Positions 39,679 through 53,566 are shown, counted from the whole stretch's first letter. The stretch: DNA of 62,391 bases, filler included, from Pirum gemmata (GCA_002812295.1; 18 parts of 18 records of this genome joined end to end with filler, not necessarily neighbours in it), one strand, 5' to 3'. Numbers and translations are program-made. The notes: generated by a model from the sequence alone, not told the origin.

Positions 39679-39930
39679 ATGGTTCTGGTTGTGGACTGGG
39701 TAAACCAGCCGTATTTCTTTCCAATGATAACATGGTTGAATTTAAGACCGGTAATTATGATAATTAATGCTGCATGGTTTTAAGGTCTTGAATTTGTTAT
39801 GGTTTGAAGATGGGAAATGGAAAAAATGAATGCTTATCAGTAGTATTTAAAAAACCAAACGTATCAAATCTTTGGAAGTAAGCAAAGTGATGTAAATTAA
39901 ATGAAACTTCAATAATAATTCATAATCCAA
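39679..39930 (+). pseudogene. Decayed tandem duplicate of the 39063-39410 exon and 3' flank
   Basis: Colinear identity with several deletions and a 4-bp insertion. Confidence 0.85.
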
Positions 39931-40840
39931 AAAAATAATTAATTTATTACTTTTCCCTTGTTTATTTTAAACTAAGGTTATGATAACATCATTTTAGAAA
40001 TATTAATTAAAATAGTGACGTTTTAAAATTAAAATTTAATAAAAATTATCTAATAATAATGATAATAATGATAATAATAATAAATAATAATATTATTTTT
40101 TGTTATTATTTTAATAATTTTATATATTTCTAAAAGTTACATATAAATCATTATTATTGCGTTACTATTATTGTATTTATTAATAATATTATTATTATTG
40201 GTTAATCGAATAGCAATAATTAACACATTTTAAGCAATACTACATTAATTAACAATTTATTATTATTATTATTATTTGATTTTAATTAATATAAAAAATT
40301 GCCGTAGTTTATGATTATTATAAACACATTTTAATATTTAACTTTCAAATTACGTCATTTAGTCACGTGCTGATTTATATCATTTTCCATTGGGTAAAAA
40401 CAAGTTGGTAAAAAAAAAAAGCAAAAAGCTACTTTACTAGATAGGAAACAAAAACAAAAACAAAAACAGATGGACTATATATTATATGATTTTAATTTTA
40501 TTATTCACACAACTGTTACTATGTTACTCAAATTTAATCTATATATACATAATGTTATGGTTATGGCTATGGTTATGGATATGGATATGATTATATGTTA
40601 TATCCTTATATATATAGACACTTTATGTGACAAAAGTGTATGGTAAGCGTTATGGCCATGGTTATGGTCATGGTTATAGAAATATTGTAGCTAGTCGCGT
40701 CATAGTAGTACTACTGCCTTCAACACGAGAGTTAAAGCTCTTACTGAATCAATTAGTTAAGAAACTTAGCTTTGCGACGTCAATATTCATAGAAAGAATT
40801 AATAGTAATAGCAATTAATATTTTTGTTTTTTAAATTAAC

Positions 40841-40960
40841 TACCAAGCTGGATAAAAATTCTATAAAAATGGCGACATCAGCCATATGAGCTCAAAAATC
40901 CAGAAAATCTCAAAATGCTCTAATTTTTTAATAAAAGTACTACCAAATTTTGAGAAATCA
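40841..40960 (-). mobile_element. MITE family D fragment
   Basis: TACCAAGCTGGATAAAAAT...GGCGACATC...GAGCTCAAAAATCC. Confidence 0.75.
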
Positions 40961-40970
40961 TTTTTTTTTT

Positions 40971-41015
<45 letters not shown>

Positions 41016-41794
41016 AAAAAAAAAAAAAAAAAAAAAAAAATTCTGCGCTTTATCCGCATTAAAAAAAAAAAAAAAAAAAAAAAAAACTTTGGTCTCAAAG
41101 GAGGTGACACGCACTATACACTGGATTGAAACTGTTTTTTTCTCTATTGTACGACTATTCAAACTTATGTTTGATAGGCCCAATACTGTAATAATAAACT
41201 ATATTATTCACTTAACCTACCTAATATTTTTCTATATTATTATTCCTATCTATTACTATGAAAAACATAATATATTGAAATTAATACTATTATAAAATTA
41301 AAGGTGTTTATTAAAATTGACAAAGAAAAAACAAAAATAAATTTTCTCTTTTTCACTTTTTCATCGACCACATACTCCTGCCACTTACAACATATGCTAC
41401 CCATTTTTTATTCGGAACCAAAATTATATCCATAATTTGACTCAACTACCTATCATATAGTTTTTTTCTTTGGTTTTTTTTCTATGGGTTTTTTTCTATG
41501 GGTTTTTTTCTCAGGTTTTTTTCTATGGGTTTTTTTCTATGGGTTTTTTTCGTTTCAAGGAAACCTTAACCCTAACCCTAACCCTATCATTGGCCATCAT
41601 CGTCACCAATCCTCCAAAATTTCTTCTTTCAAAATTACGTCATTGAAAAAGAGGGTTTTTTTTTTCTTTTTTTTTTAATTTTTTTAGGTATAAATCAAAT
41701 TAATCTTTTTCATCAGCTGATCTAAATTTGCTATTTTATTAAGTATTTTTATTTTTGTTTGATATCATTGGCCAATAAATTCCACGTTTAAACC

Positions 41795-42149
41795 AACCAA
41801 GTCGGATAAAACCTAGGATTTTTAAAAAATAATCTGCTAACTAGCTAATTTACCAATTTTTTTTTTTTTTTTTAAAAAAAAACTGGCCATTGGTTCATAA
41901 TAGAGTTTTCTTAGCTAGGCGAATTCTCAACATTTGGTAGTCAGAATTCTGGCTTCTCCCAACAAATTAATTAAATAAGTTCGAACATTTTGAGCTTACA
42001 ATTAAGTATTCGAGTGTATTTATTTATTTATAACCCCGAAAAAAATGAAAGAACATTTTTTTCAAACAGAGCTGAATTTCTTCTTTTTTTTTCGAGTTTT
42101 CAGGTTCGAGCAGAATTGGGAGAGGTCGCCATTTTTATCCCGCTTGGTT
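41795..42149 (+). mobile_element. MITE D with both TIRs, carrying a MITE E (about 41952-42124)
   Basis: AACCAAGTCGGATAAAA ... TTTTATCCCGCTTGGTT (15/17). Confidence 0.75.
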
Positions 42150-42496
42150 ATAATGTATGATGTCATAGTTAAAAAAAATTATTAAGCACCATGATAATAG
42201 AAATAAACAAACAAATATAATACTATCATTGTTTTATTGTTTTATTATTAATTATTATTATTANNNNNNNNNNNNNNNNNNNNNNNNNNNNNNNNNNNNN
42301 NNNNNNNTTAATTAATTAANNNNNNNNNNNNNNNNNNNNNNNNNNNNNNNNNNNNNNNNNNNNCTGAAAATAAGGAAAATCTATATCCTTTGCCTTCTTG
42401 ATATCTGATGCACCGCCCAGGTTTGTTTGCCACAATACCTCACTGTGTATAGTAAATAAAAATATTTAATTCCTGTTGTTTTCAGGTAGTTCTATT

Positions 42497-44500
42497 TTAC
42501 CAAGGTTGAGTGGATTCCGCTAATCCAATACGAGGTCCATTTGGAGTCATGTCAAATACAGAATACCATTTTCTCATAAACACATCGCCCAAAATAATTA
42601 CTGGCATATTAGCACTTTGAATACCACATGCACATTGTCCTTCGATTTGTAAAACGTATTCTTGTGGGGTTAAAGCAAATTTGGTACCAGCAAGCTCAAA
42701 ATCAATGACAGGCAAAGCATTTAAATTAGAGCAGTCAGCATTTACATTACCAATTAGTTGCAAAATAGGACCAAACAATTGGTCTGGACCAGCAATTAAA
42801 CTAGTACCAGAATCAACAATTGCAGGAGCTTGTGCGCCAGCTTTTAATAATGGTTGACCTGCGATATGCACATTAGTCAAAGCAACAGTCCAATATGTTT
42901 GTGAAACAATTGGAAGCCAAATCATTTCTCCAATGTAAGCGTTAGTATCAATGTATCCGAATGTCATATAACTATCAGTTTTTCCAGCAACGCCAGGGTT
43001 ATTTGATAAGTGGAAAGAGAATACAGGTTTGCTTAATAATCCTTGCTTATACATATTGTAATGTACAGGAGTAACTTGATCCTGGGCAATACCTGGGAAA
43101 GCTAATCCTAGAATACCATCCATAGCAACATTTGCAAAAAATGGGGCCATATCATTTGCTTCACCAAATGTTTGATTATGAATTACAAAGTCGCCGAAAT
43201 AAATTGTATCCATGGACAATTGACCTTTCATTGAACCAGTACCGTAAGCAATTTCGATTGGTCTGCCATCAGGTTTATAACTACTGCTTTCTTGATGATT
43301 GTAAGTATGTTTATTTACACATCCTTGTGTGTAACATCTTTTACCTGGGATCCACAAATTAGAGGATCCAGTATCAAAGACAACATTGAATGGTCCTTGT
43401 TTGCTGTCACCAATGCGGATTTCGGCTTGGTATTGAACATTCATCGAGTTAGAAAGTGGCACAGATCGATGGTTGGTAGTAGACATCAAGTTAATAAATT
43501 TTTGTTGAAATTGAGGTAACAAAATTTGGTTGAAATCCGTATCAGAAGTGACATCTTTGTACTTGTCGTAATCGAATACTGGTCTTTCCCTTAAAGTATT
43601 AATAAAATTTTCAGCCATATAACCTTTTTTTTTATCAATTTGATTAATAATAAAAAATGATGGTTGAATTGGTATATTAGTTTTAATTGAAATTTGAAAA
43701 AGAAAAAAGAAATCTGAATAACGACACTAAAAAATAATAAAAAAACCACAAAATAATCCTAAGTAATTAAAGGCATAAACTTTAATGTAAGGAATGGTAT
43801 ATTATGTACATGTATCAAAAAAATAATGGAAAGATGGGCACTGTTATTGAAACAAAACAATCACAACAACAATCCATTATGATAATAACTGATAATATAA
43901 AACCAAAAGCAATAGAGACTGCCATAATCATCATGACCATCATATAAAAGCAATACTAATGATAGTATTGTTGGTACTAATACTGGTGATAACAATTATT
44001 GTGCTTTTCATTTATTTTGTCATTTCGAATATTTATTTGGTTGTTTATAATATTTAAATTGATACTTTTAAATAAATAAATATATAATAAAATATACCAA
44101 ATAAAATGAAATGGATTTATATGGTATTAATTTGGTACTATTTATTGCAAATTTTATGACGACAGAATAACTAAAAAGCTCGATAATAGCAGTAAAACAT
44201 ACACAATGGAAGCAAAAGGCCAAAAAAGTTCAAAAAAGGCAATAAAAAGAAATTAGAAAAAGTTAATAAAGAGAAGACGTAGAAAAATTACCAGTTGGAG
44301 GAGTATGAGAGAGACATTTCTACAAAAAAAGCAATAAAATGAAATTAGAAAAGTTAATAAAGAGAAGACGTAGAAAAATTACCAGTTGGAGGAGTATGAG
44401 ACATTTCTACACGAAAACCTCTGCGGTTTTCTATTTCTAACTTTAGCCCAGAAGCTGATGAAGCTGCAATGGCACACAAAGACAATAAGGAAAACATCAT
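42497..44500 (-). CDS. Pepsin-family (A1) aspartic protease, cathepsin D/E-like; exon 1 44383-44500 (signal and propeptide), exon 2 42497-43623
   Basis: Catalytic DTGSSNLW and DSGTSL, flap YGTG, ILGDVF; exon 1 MMFSLLSLCAIAASSASGLKLEIENRRGFRVEMSHTPPT ends in phase 1 at G|GTAATT and joins AAG|GTTATATG in frame (exon 1 link inferred). Confidence 0.9.
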
Positions 44501-45532
44501 ATTGAAAAAATATATATATTTAATTAATTATTTCTTTATTTTTTTATTTTTCTTTATTTTTTTATTTTTCTTTATTTTTTTATTTTTATTAATTAAATAT
44601 ATATATATTTTTTTTTTTGGTTTTGGTTTTGGTTTTTTTATGGTTTAATTCTGGGAAAAAGCTTTTATATTCATATTTTTGGCTGAGTCCTAGCTAGTCT
44701 AGCTAGTTTTGTAGTAGTTTTGTCATCATAAAATAAACAATAAATAGTGCCAAATTAATACAATATAACTCCTTTTAATTTAATTTGGTATATTTTATTA
44801 TTTATATATTTATTTAAAAACGTCGATTTAAAGATTATAATCCTCCAAATAAATATTCAGAGTGATAAAATAAATGAAAAGGACGATAGACCTAAGTCCT
44901 ACAGATCGAGAGAGGTTGTTGACGAAAAGACTCAAAACAGTCTCCTTCAAAAGTAGCCTAAAGTAGGGGTTGTTGACGAAAAGACTCAAAACAGTCTCCT
45001 TCAAAAGTAGGCCTAAAGTAGGGGTCGGGCCAACCCTCCAGCCCGTCTATTGTGCGTTTCATTATAAAATAGACAATAAAGAGCACCAAATTAATATAAT
45101 ATAAATCCATTTAATTTAATTTGGTATATTTTATTATCTATTTATTCATTTAAAAATGTCAGTTTAAATATTATAACCAACCAAATAAATATTCAGAGTT
45201 ACAAAATAAATGAAAAGCAAAAATAGATCAGCCTAGTATCAAATTAGATAATAAAGAGTCTATGATATTATGATACTTCGTAAAGCCAATTTCCAGTTAA
45301 ATACAGCTTCAAATACCCCTACCTACCTACCCCTCGACGTTAATTTCCAGTCAAATACCACCTACTTACCCACCCCTTGACGTGACGTATTATTTGAAAG
45401 CTCCCTACTAAGATCTATTATTATTGTTATAGTCTAGTCTAGTGCTTTTCAGTTGTTTTGTCATCATAAAATATAAAATAAATGATACCAAATTAGTGAA
45501 ATATAAATCCATTTCATTTAATTTGGTATATT
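44001..45532. mobile_element. MITE cluster: A (44001-44181 +; 44711-44884, 45052-45220, 45442-45532 -) and B (45271-45405 -)
   Basis: Identity to family consensus and TIRs. Confidence 0.8.
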
Positions 45533-45640
45533 NNNNNNNNNNNNNNNNNNNNNNNNNNNNNNNNNNNNNNNNNNNNTTAATTAATTAANNNNNNNNNNNN
45601 NNNNNNNNNNNNNNNNNNNNNNNNNNNNNNNNAGTAGTAA

Positions 45641-45675
<35 letters not shown>

Positions 45676-45711
45676 ATAGAAGTAGTAGTAGTAGTAGTAA
45701 TGATAATAATA

Positions 45712-45942
45712 TTAATAATCCATACCATGTATATTCTGTGTGCTATCTACAGGGAAACGACCCAGTTTCATATCTGCACAGCCTGCCCGACGTCCACAGA
45801 AAAAATACTCTACGTTTTCGGTAAAAAGAGTAACCATTGGACTTCTACCATTTTTGACTTCGGTATTTTGTATGGGAGCGGCACTAACCGTTAATGCGGT
45901 TACAAGTAAAGTTGTAAAAGTACTTGTAAAAAAACAAAACAT
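45712..45942 (-). CDS. Small secreted protein or prepropeptide, 76 aa (MFCFFTSTFTTLLVTALTVSAAPIQ...)
   Basis: ATG at 45942 inside the longer track ORF; signal peptide ending VSA-AP. Confidence 0.6.
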   Translation of the reverse strand: MFCFFTSTFTTLLVTALTVSAAPIQNTEVKNGRSPMVTLFTENVEYFFCGRRAGCADMKLGRFPVDSTQNIHGMDY

Positions 45943-47047
45943 AATTATGAAAAATATTACAATAATAATAGTACGGATTTTTATATTTTTACTATAATTT
46001 ATAAAATAAGTAAAAAAGTTATTCTTTTTTTTTGCATTTATATATACATAATGTTGTTGTAAAATAATATTTATAATAATATGTATATTGATTATTTTTT
46101 TCTTTTTTTTCAGGTTTTTTTCTTGGGTTTTTTTCTGATTTTTTTCTAGAGGTTCAGCGCTGACTGTGTTTAGTGTTAGGATAAAGTTGGTGCACAAAAC
46201 TAATCTCTAATTTTATGTATAAAATTTCAAATTTTGATAGTTATTACACTAAACTAATCATTATAATTTAATAAGGCTATCTTTATCATTCTATCTTCAT
46301 ATTTTTATACACGTGTGCATTGAATAGTAAATATATACATATTGTATAACATTCTAGATTTTTTATAGAGGGGCTTTCTGACTGCGGTATTTTGTGCCAA
46401 TAACTTATACAGTCGCGTTAGAGTTAGGGTGAGATTGAGGAGTGTTGAGGGTTATGCGAGTTGGGGGTATATATGATTGTGTGTGTGTGTGTAGGCTGAG
46501 GGTTAGAGTTAGGATGTAGTGTTACAGCTTTAACATACAAGGATCTTTTTGTATTTTTACAATATCATAGTAGCTACTGTAATAAAATCGTACAATTTAG
46601 TTTATATAATGATAATCATGTGCACAATGCTAATTTAGATGTAGGATTATGTAGGAATATACTGGCAATATATTATAAAAAATCAAGAAATTTAAAATTT
46701 TCTTAAAATTTTTTTCATAGTGGTTTACAATATATTCTAACTAAATACATTTATGTATAGCACCGTGGTGTGATTCTGAAGTGCCCGAGAGAAGTCGTGC
46801 ATGAGTCGTCTATGCTATTCAGAGCCTTTCCGAGCCAAGACTGTTACCCTCTAGTAGCTAGCTAGTAGTAGGGTTAGAGGGTTAGGGTCAGGGTTAGTGT
46901 TAGAGTTAGGGTTAGGGTTAGCCATTCTGACTCTGAGGTCTGAGTCAACGAATTCAGGGCTTGAGGGACTAAAAAATTTTTAATTCTAACTAAAATGTAA
47001 ACCCCCACTACTACTACTACTATTACTACTACTACTACTACTACTAC

Positions 47048-47080
<33 letters not shown>

Positions 47081-47084
47081 TCAA

Positions 47085-47115
<31 letters not shown>

Positions 47116-47327
47116 GCTGCAACTACTGCTATATGATAGCGGGCTAGCTACTAGAGCTAGCTAGTAGTGCTTGGCCACTGCTGGCTGGAGCTAGGTCTAC
47201 CAACCTAGCTAGCTAGCTAGTGTCAACGAACCTGCTGAGGTTTACAAATAGTCTATATATAGAAAAATAGGAATATATATAGTGTTTTATCATTATAATA
47301 ATATAATATATATCGTACTAGATATTA

Positions 47328-47610
47328 GACTTCTCCGAATTCTGCCCCTGAAACTCGACTTTCTGCTTTTGCCTTCTGCCCCAAAAAGCTCGATTTCTGG
47401 TGGTCTGTTTGGTCTGTTCGAAATTAATTTTTTCGAGTTTATTAATAAATAAATAGATTCGAAAATTTCAAGTTTGTATTTTTATAGTAACCTCCTTTTT
47501 TTTTTTTTTCAAAAAATTAATTTTTGATCGAGTTAGAGAGGAAAAACACCATTAAATTTTTGTCTTTTCTGGAAAAAGGCCAAATTCTGCCCGGGCAGAA
47601 TTCGGAGAAC
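47328..47610 (-). mobile_element. MITE family E-related element, TA-flanked
   Basis: TA|GACTTCTCCGAATTCTGCCC ... GGGCAGAATTCGGAGAAC|TA with a 17-bp perfect TIR core. Confidence 0.8.
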
Positions 47611-49679
47611 TACTAGCTAGATATATCATATTATTATATTATTTATTATAATATAATATAATATTTATAAAAAAAAAAATAATAATAATAGATTATTATT
47701 GGCTATTAGACAGATCGTATTTAACTTTATAACTATATATGGTAATCTTTGAATTTTATAACTGCCAAACTCTGTGCAAAACAAGATATGGACCTATCAA
47801 CAAAATGTTTTAACTGATTGATAGATATAACACTCCTATTGGTGATCTGACGAATCTATTAGCGCAAATCTAACAAATGAAAATCACAACATTTTTAGCT
47901 AGCTAGAGTAGTTTGAGTATAGAGTAAGAGACTCGAGAGAGTCTATCCGACTACGGCATGACTACTGGTACTATGATATTATTATGCAGTATGATATTTT
48001 AAAGCTAGAGGGGGGGGGTCTACCCTTTCTGGAACAACTATTTTACCAGGAATGGTGTCATCAGTCATCGACTACTCATCGACTCATCACTGTAAAAATC
48101 CAGTAAATCACTCAGGTAAATCACTTGACACAAAAATTTCTCACCAATAATGTTCATATGATCTTCATAATGCCTAGGTTCAGAAAATATTGGTGAATCT
48201 CCTTCAAATAAAACTTAGGAAGCAAGTCTTATATTTTATCATAATAACAAGATATATTTTCTTTCAAGTAAATAGTATGTAAACTATAGCCCTTGAGTTT
48301 GAAGGCCTCATATTGAATATTAAAGATTTTTAATACATGCTTGCTTTCAGTAGTCAAAAATTAACATTCAATCAATTCACCAACTTTCATCAATTAGTAA
48401 AGTATATTTAATAGTTGTTAATTTTAGCTGTAATTAAGAGATAACTTAATTATACGTACGTTAACCAAACATGAAAAGTTTTAAGTTTTTATTTAATATT
48501 GACAAATTTTTATTATATCCTAACTTTTAAGTAGAGAAATACATGTACATACACACATAATAAAATCATATACTTTTATATATAATATTATGTACATATA
48601 ATATTATATATTTCTTATTGTTGAAGTCATTATTGTTGAAGTTACAAATCTACCTGAGAATCAATAATTCTGTTTTGAAAGTTACTTAATTAAAAACAAA
48701 CTGGTACAATGTCAGAATACATATTATATCACCTAATTTAAAAGTTACTTCATCACTTAGAATTTGATTTTTTTTGGCAACAGCAATAATTCGTTTTTAA
48801 TANNNNNNNNNNNNNNNNNNNNNNNNNNNNNNNNNNNNNNNNNNNNTTAATTAATTAANNNNNNNNNNNNNNNNNNNNNNNNNNNNNNNNNNNNNNNNNN
48901 NNATTATTATTATTGTTATTTTAATAATTATTTTTAATTAAAATAACCTTTTCAGTTGTTAAAATAAAGATTTACTGTATAGTCTATGTATAAGAATAAC
49001 AAAAACTCAAGCAAAGAGTTAGAATAATATATATTTTTTGGCTCGATGTAGTTTTTTTTCATTTCGAACATAAATCAATATAAATTGTACGTCATCATAA
49101 ATAAAAAAGCACCCGTCTTTCATAGTCTACAAAAAAAATTAGGATTTGACTAATGAAAATTAATAATATTTAAACATCAATTTTTGCTGACAGGGACGCG
49201 TAACTTCATCCGAAATTCGAAACTTTCAAATTTTGTTTTGTTTAATTCCATTACAAGTCATTATTAAATATTTAAATTTTATTGGATATATTGGATATAT
49301 TTAATTAGCTCAACAAGACCTTTCTATAGATATCAGGAACACTACATTGGACAAAAATTCTGGAACTTTTATAATAGACCTATAATAGACCTAAAAAACT
49401 GCCTAAAAAAAGTGCATTTAGAATTTTAGATATTGCTCCTTTGCTGGTTTTTTTAAAAAACTAAAAAAAAAAAAAAAGGGATTTTGTTTTTATTTTTTAT
49501 GTTTTTTTATTTTGTTTCATTTTTTCATTTTCATATCATTTTCATAATCACAAAGCTACTCATATCCTTGACCCAAATCCCGATCCAAACCAGTACAGTT
49601 CGATACCCTACAACAAACCGTAATACCTTAACCATAACCTTAACGTTATATCCTTAACAATACCCCAACCCAATGGTCC

Positions 49680-50650
49680 CTAACCCTAACCCCAACCCTA
49701 ACGTTAACGATATCGCTAACCCTAACCCTAACCCTAACCCTAACCCTACCGCTTAACACTATCACTACTTAAACCTATCCCTAAACCCTCACCCTCACAG
49801 TACCTAACCAAACAGTCCCTAACCCTGACCCAGTTGAAATATCCTCTTTTGTCATTTTACTTTTATATCACATATGATTTTTTAGAGTTTTTATATTCTT
49901 CTTCTTCTTCTTGTTCTTCACCATTAAAGCAAAAACAACAGTTATTATATAAAGTTGTAAAGAATCCATTTTCTTTTTCTTTGGTATTCTAGGAAACAAA
50001 TGAACAAAAATAACAAAATCATCAATTAAAAAACAAATTACATTACGAATTATTACAATGTTTAATTTTATCCTAACTATTAAATAACGATATATTTATT
50101 ACTGCATATTCTATTAAATTTCCCTTATTTGTTTAAGCTTTGATAACTAAACCTAACCTTAATCCTAACCTTAACCTTAACCTTAACCTTAACCTTAACC
50201 TTAACCTTAACCTTAACCTTAACCTTAACCTTAACCTTAACCTTAACCGTAACCCTAACCCTAACCTTAACCCTAACCTTAACCCTAACCTTAACCCTAA
50301 CCCTAACCCTAACCCTAACCCTAACCCTAACCTTAACCCTAANNNNNNNNNNNNNNNNNNNNNNNNNNNNNNNNNNNNNNNNNNNNNNNNNNNNNNNNNN
50401 NNNNNNNNNNNNNNNNNNNNNNNNNNNNNNNNNNNNNNNNNNNNNNNNNNNNNNNNNNNNNNNNNNNNNNNNNNNNNNNNNNNNNNNNNNNNNNNNNNNN
50501 NNNNNNNNNNNNNNNNNNNNNNNNNNNNNNNNNNNNCCCTAACCATAACCCCTAACCCTAACCCCTAACCCTAACCCCTAACCCTAACCCCTAACCCTAA
50601 CCCCTAACCCTAACCCAACCTTATGACCTTAACCCTAACCTTAACCCTAA
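49680..50650 (-). repeat. (CCCTAA/CCTTAA/CCCCTAA)n telomere-like tracts (49680-49750, 50150-50650)
   Basis: Seen directly. Confidence 0.9.
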
Positions 50651-50665
50651 ACATTAAAATGTTAC

Positions 50666-50943
50666 CTTATTTAAATTTCCTGTTGATAAATAATGTATAT
50701 CACTAATTAACCCATTGATATCTTCATTATTGAGTTCGAATGCTTGCACTGCGTTTTCCTTTTTCACTTTATCAAATTCATGTTTTATAGGTTGGGCTTT
50801 AATTACTTTATCAAATTTATCTTTATCACTATCGCTATCATCTTCATCATCATTATTATTATCATCATCACTAATACAGCTTTGTTTCCTATCAAAAATT
50901 GGTGTTTCAGGTTTACTATTGGTAACATCTGCAGGGCATGCAC
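50666..50943 (-). CDS. Candidate internal exon of an acidic D/N-rich protein
   Basis: CATAG| acceptor, open frame ACPADVTNSKPETP...LSTGNLNK, AAG|GTAAC donor. Confidence 0.5.
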
Positions 50944-51109
50944 CTATGAAAATGTTTTATTAATTAATGTTAAATTAATAATTAAGAATAATATTAATAA
51001 TATAAATAATAATAATAACGATAATATTGATATTGATAATGATAATAATAATAATAATGATAACGATAATATTGATATTGATAATGATAATAATAATAAT
51101 AATGATAAC

Positions 51110-51142
<33 letters not shown>

Positions 51143-51176
51143 GATGATACTAATACTGATAATGATAATGATAATG

Positions 51177-51211
<35 letters not shown>

Positions 51212-51370
51212 GATAATGATAATCATGACTAATGATAATAATAATGAATAATAAAACAGAGCGAAGGCAGTTAATGGAAACTTTCTTACACAATACCAAA
51301 GCTAAGCTTAATAATAATGATGTTCATTTTGAATCTTATTTTTTTTGGTACTGTGAGGTTTGGTTCGTCA

Positions 51371-51987
51371 GGTAGATGCAGGAAAAATCGGTACCATCGA
51401 ATCGAGACTAGTTCGAAACTTTCGAAATTTTTCGATCTAATTTTAAGATATTCTTAGAAATTTCATAAAAAAAACTTGAAACTCGAAAAAATAAAAGAGT
51501 ATCATTTCAAAATTGTCACACTATTTAATAATTAGGATCGAGCTGTTTGATTCGATTGTGTTTTCCAGTCCAAAAGAAAATAGAAGTAGAAAAAGATGAC
51601 TCGCATTTTAACTACTACCACCACTACCACCACCTGGTTATAGATAAAAAAGAAATCGAAGAAAATTTGTATAATTGTTATACTGGGAGATGCGGGAAAA
51701 TCCCTCGAATTGAGACTAGTTCGAAATTTTCGAAATTTTTCGATCTATTTTTAAAAATCCTTAGAAATTTCATAGAAAAAACTTAAAAAAAAAAGGATAT
51801 CATTTCAAAATTAACACCATTTAATAATTATGATCGAGCTGTTTGATTCGATTATGTTTTCCCCTATCCCCCAGAAGAAAATAGAAGTAGAAAAAAGATG
51901 ACTCGCGTTTTAACTACTACCACCACTACCATCACCTGGTTATAGATAAAAAAGAAATCAAAGAAAAATTGTATAATTGTTATACTG
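51371..51987 (+). mobile_element. Two tandem MITE C copies (51371-51568, 51683-51874), each followed by the same 115-bp flank
   Basis: TA|CTGGGAGATGCGGGAAAA ... TTTTCCCCTATCCCCCAG TIR; flank 51574-51685 repeated at 51875-51987. Confidence 0.8.
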
Positions 51988-52507
51988 TTTCCAAAATTTT
52001 GAAGTGACTTCGTTTCAAAATTTTCAAATTATGGACTGGTTACGAGCAAATAAACCAGCAAGTTATCTTGTTAATAATAATAATAATNNNNNNNNNNNNN
52101 NNNNNNNNNNNNNNNNNNNNNNNNNNNNNNNTTAATTAATTAANNNNNNNNNNNNNNNNNNNNNNNNNNNNNNNNNNNNNNNNNNNNTTTTTAGTTATTT
52201 TTATTTTTATTTTTATTATTTTATTATTTTATTATTTTTTTTTATAATTAAATTAATATAAAAGAACAAATTTAAATAAAATCAAGTTATATTAATATTG
52301 TATACGTATATATAGTTAGTTAGAGAAGTATATAAAAGACTTATTACATTATATATATAAAAATAATATAATAAGCGTAATTGATAGTCAATATATTTAT
52401 GTTTAAGTTTAGAACAGATTCTGTCCATTAGGAAAGTTTAATTTTTTTACAATTGTTATAAATTACTAAACATCATATTTATATATAATCTAAAAGTGAT
52501 ATTTACA

Positions 52508-53566
52508 ATGATATCGTTAACACAAGAAAGAGCGCAGTATGGCATGAGTGGTATTGACAACAAAGACAATAACAATAATACAATTCTAAATAACAGTAAT
52601 AGTAATACAGCTGCAGGTAAGGATAATAAGCGTAATAAGGTAAATTTTATAAAATCAACTGGTATTCGTGTTGACGAGTACTCAATAAATAAACCTAAAA
52701 GACAATTAAAATATTCAAGTGAATCCCCAGGAAGTAGTTATGACCAAGATAGTATAAATAGTGATATACATGGTGATGAAGTTGACCATAGTGTGTTAGA
52801 TGGTTGTGATACAGATGAAGATATGGAGGAATTTGCTTTCTTAGCTTCTCAGATTGATTTAAATAGTGACATAACTGATAGTGATCTTTGTAACAGTAGT
52901 GTTGATAGTATTAATATAAATGAAAATACTTATGATAATATTAATATAAATCACATAAAAAATTCGTTCGACAATACTCAATTAGGTAATTTTTTTATAA
53001 ATATTGAATCCGCATCTGGGGACATAGTAAGAAAGAAACAATCGAAACCACAACAGAGAAAACGCAGTAAAGACAGTTGTTTGTCGTTTAGTGAGTTAAG
53101 TGATGCCATACCGGAGGATAGTTTTCGTCAGGATCCTCTTAACTTTGAAACATTGGCTTTAAATTTACCAGAAGATTTATTTAAAAATCGACCCAGTGAT
53201 ACAAAAAAAAGGTATAGTCATGGTAACCCCCAAACTACCAATTCGTTACCTAAACCATCAAATAATAATAGAATTAAAAGTCATAGCAGTATTGGCATCT
53301 CTTCGTCATATTACCAAAACCAGAATCAAAAAAATACTGGCAAGAAACAAGAAAAGCGATTTTCACTATTAATGACTAAACGTATGTTTAAACCAAAATC
53401 TGGCGATAACGTAGTTAAACGTTCTTTTACTGCTAAAAATAATAACAATAAAGAAATGCCTGGTTTCGGTGTGGATTGTGAAAAGTCACTTTCAGAATCA
53501 TCAGCTGAAAACAAAAGAAAGAAAGTGTCTGCTACCAGTATATTGCGTAGAGGAACTGGGGTTTAA
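52508..53566 (+). CDS. About 352-aa S/N/D/K-rich, probably disordered protein of unknown function
   Basis: Long open frame from ATG 52508. Confidence 0.7.
   Translation: MISLTQERAQYGMSGIDNKDNNNNTILNNSNSNTAAGKDNKRNKVNFIKSTGIRVDEYSINKPKRQLKYSSESPGSSYDQDSINSDIHGDEVDHSVLDGCDTDEDMEEFAFLASQIDLNSDITDSDLCNSSVDSININENTYDNININHIKNSFDNTQLGNFFINIESASGDIVRKKQSKPQQRKRSKDSCLSFSELSDAIPEDSFRQDPLNFETLALNLPEDLFKNRPSDTKKRYSHGNPQTTNSLPKPSNNNRIKSHSSIGISSSYYQNQNQKNTGKKQEKRFSLLMTKRMFKPKSGDNVVKRSFTAKNNNNKEMPGFGVDCEKSLSESSAENKRKKVSATSILRRGTGV

Noticed and set aside
48088..48250. CACTGTAAAAA as an EnSpm/CACTA terminus
   Set aside because: No matching opposite end found in the scaffold
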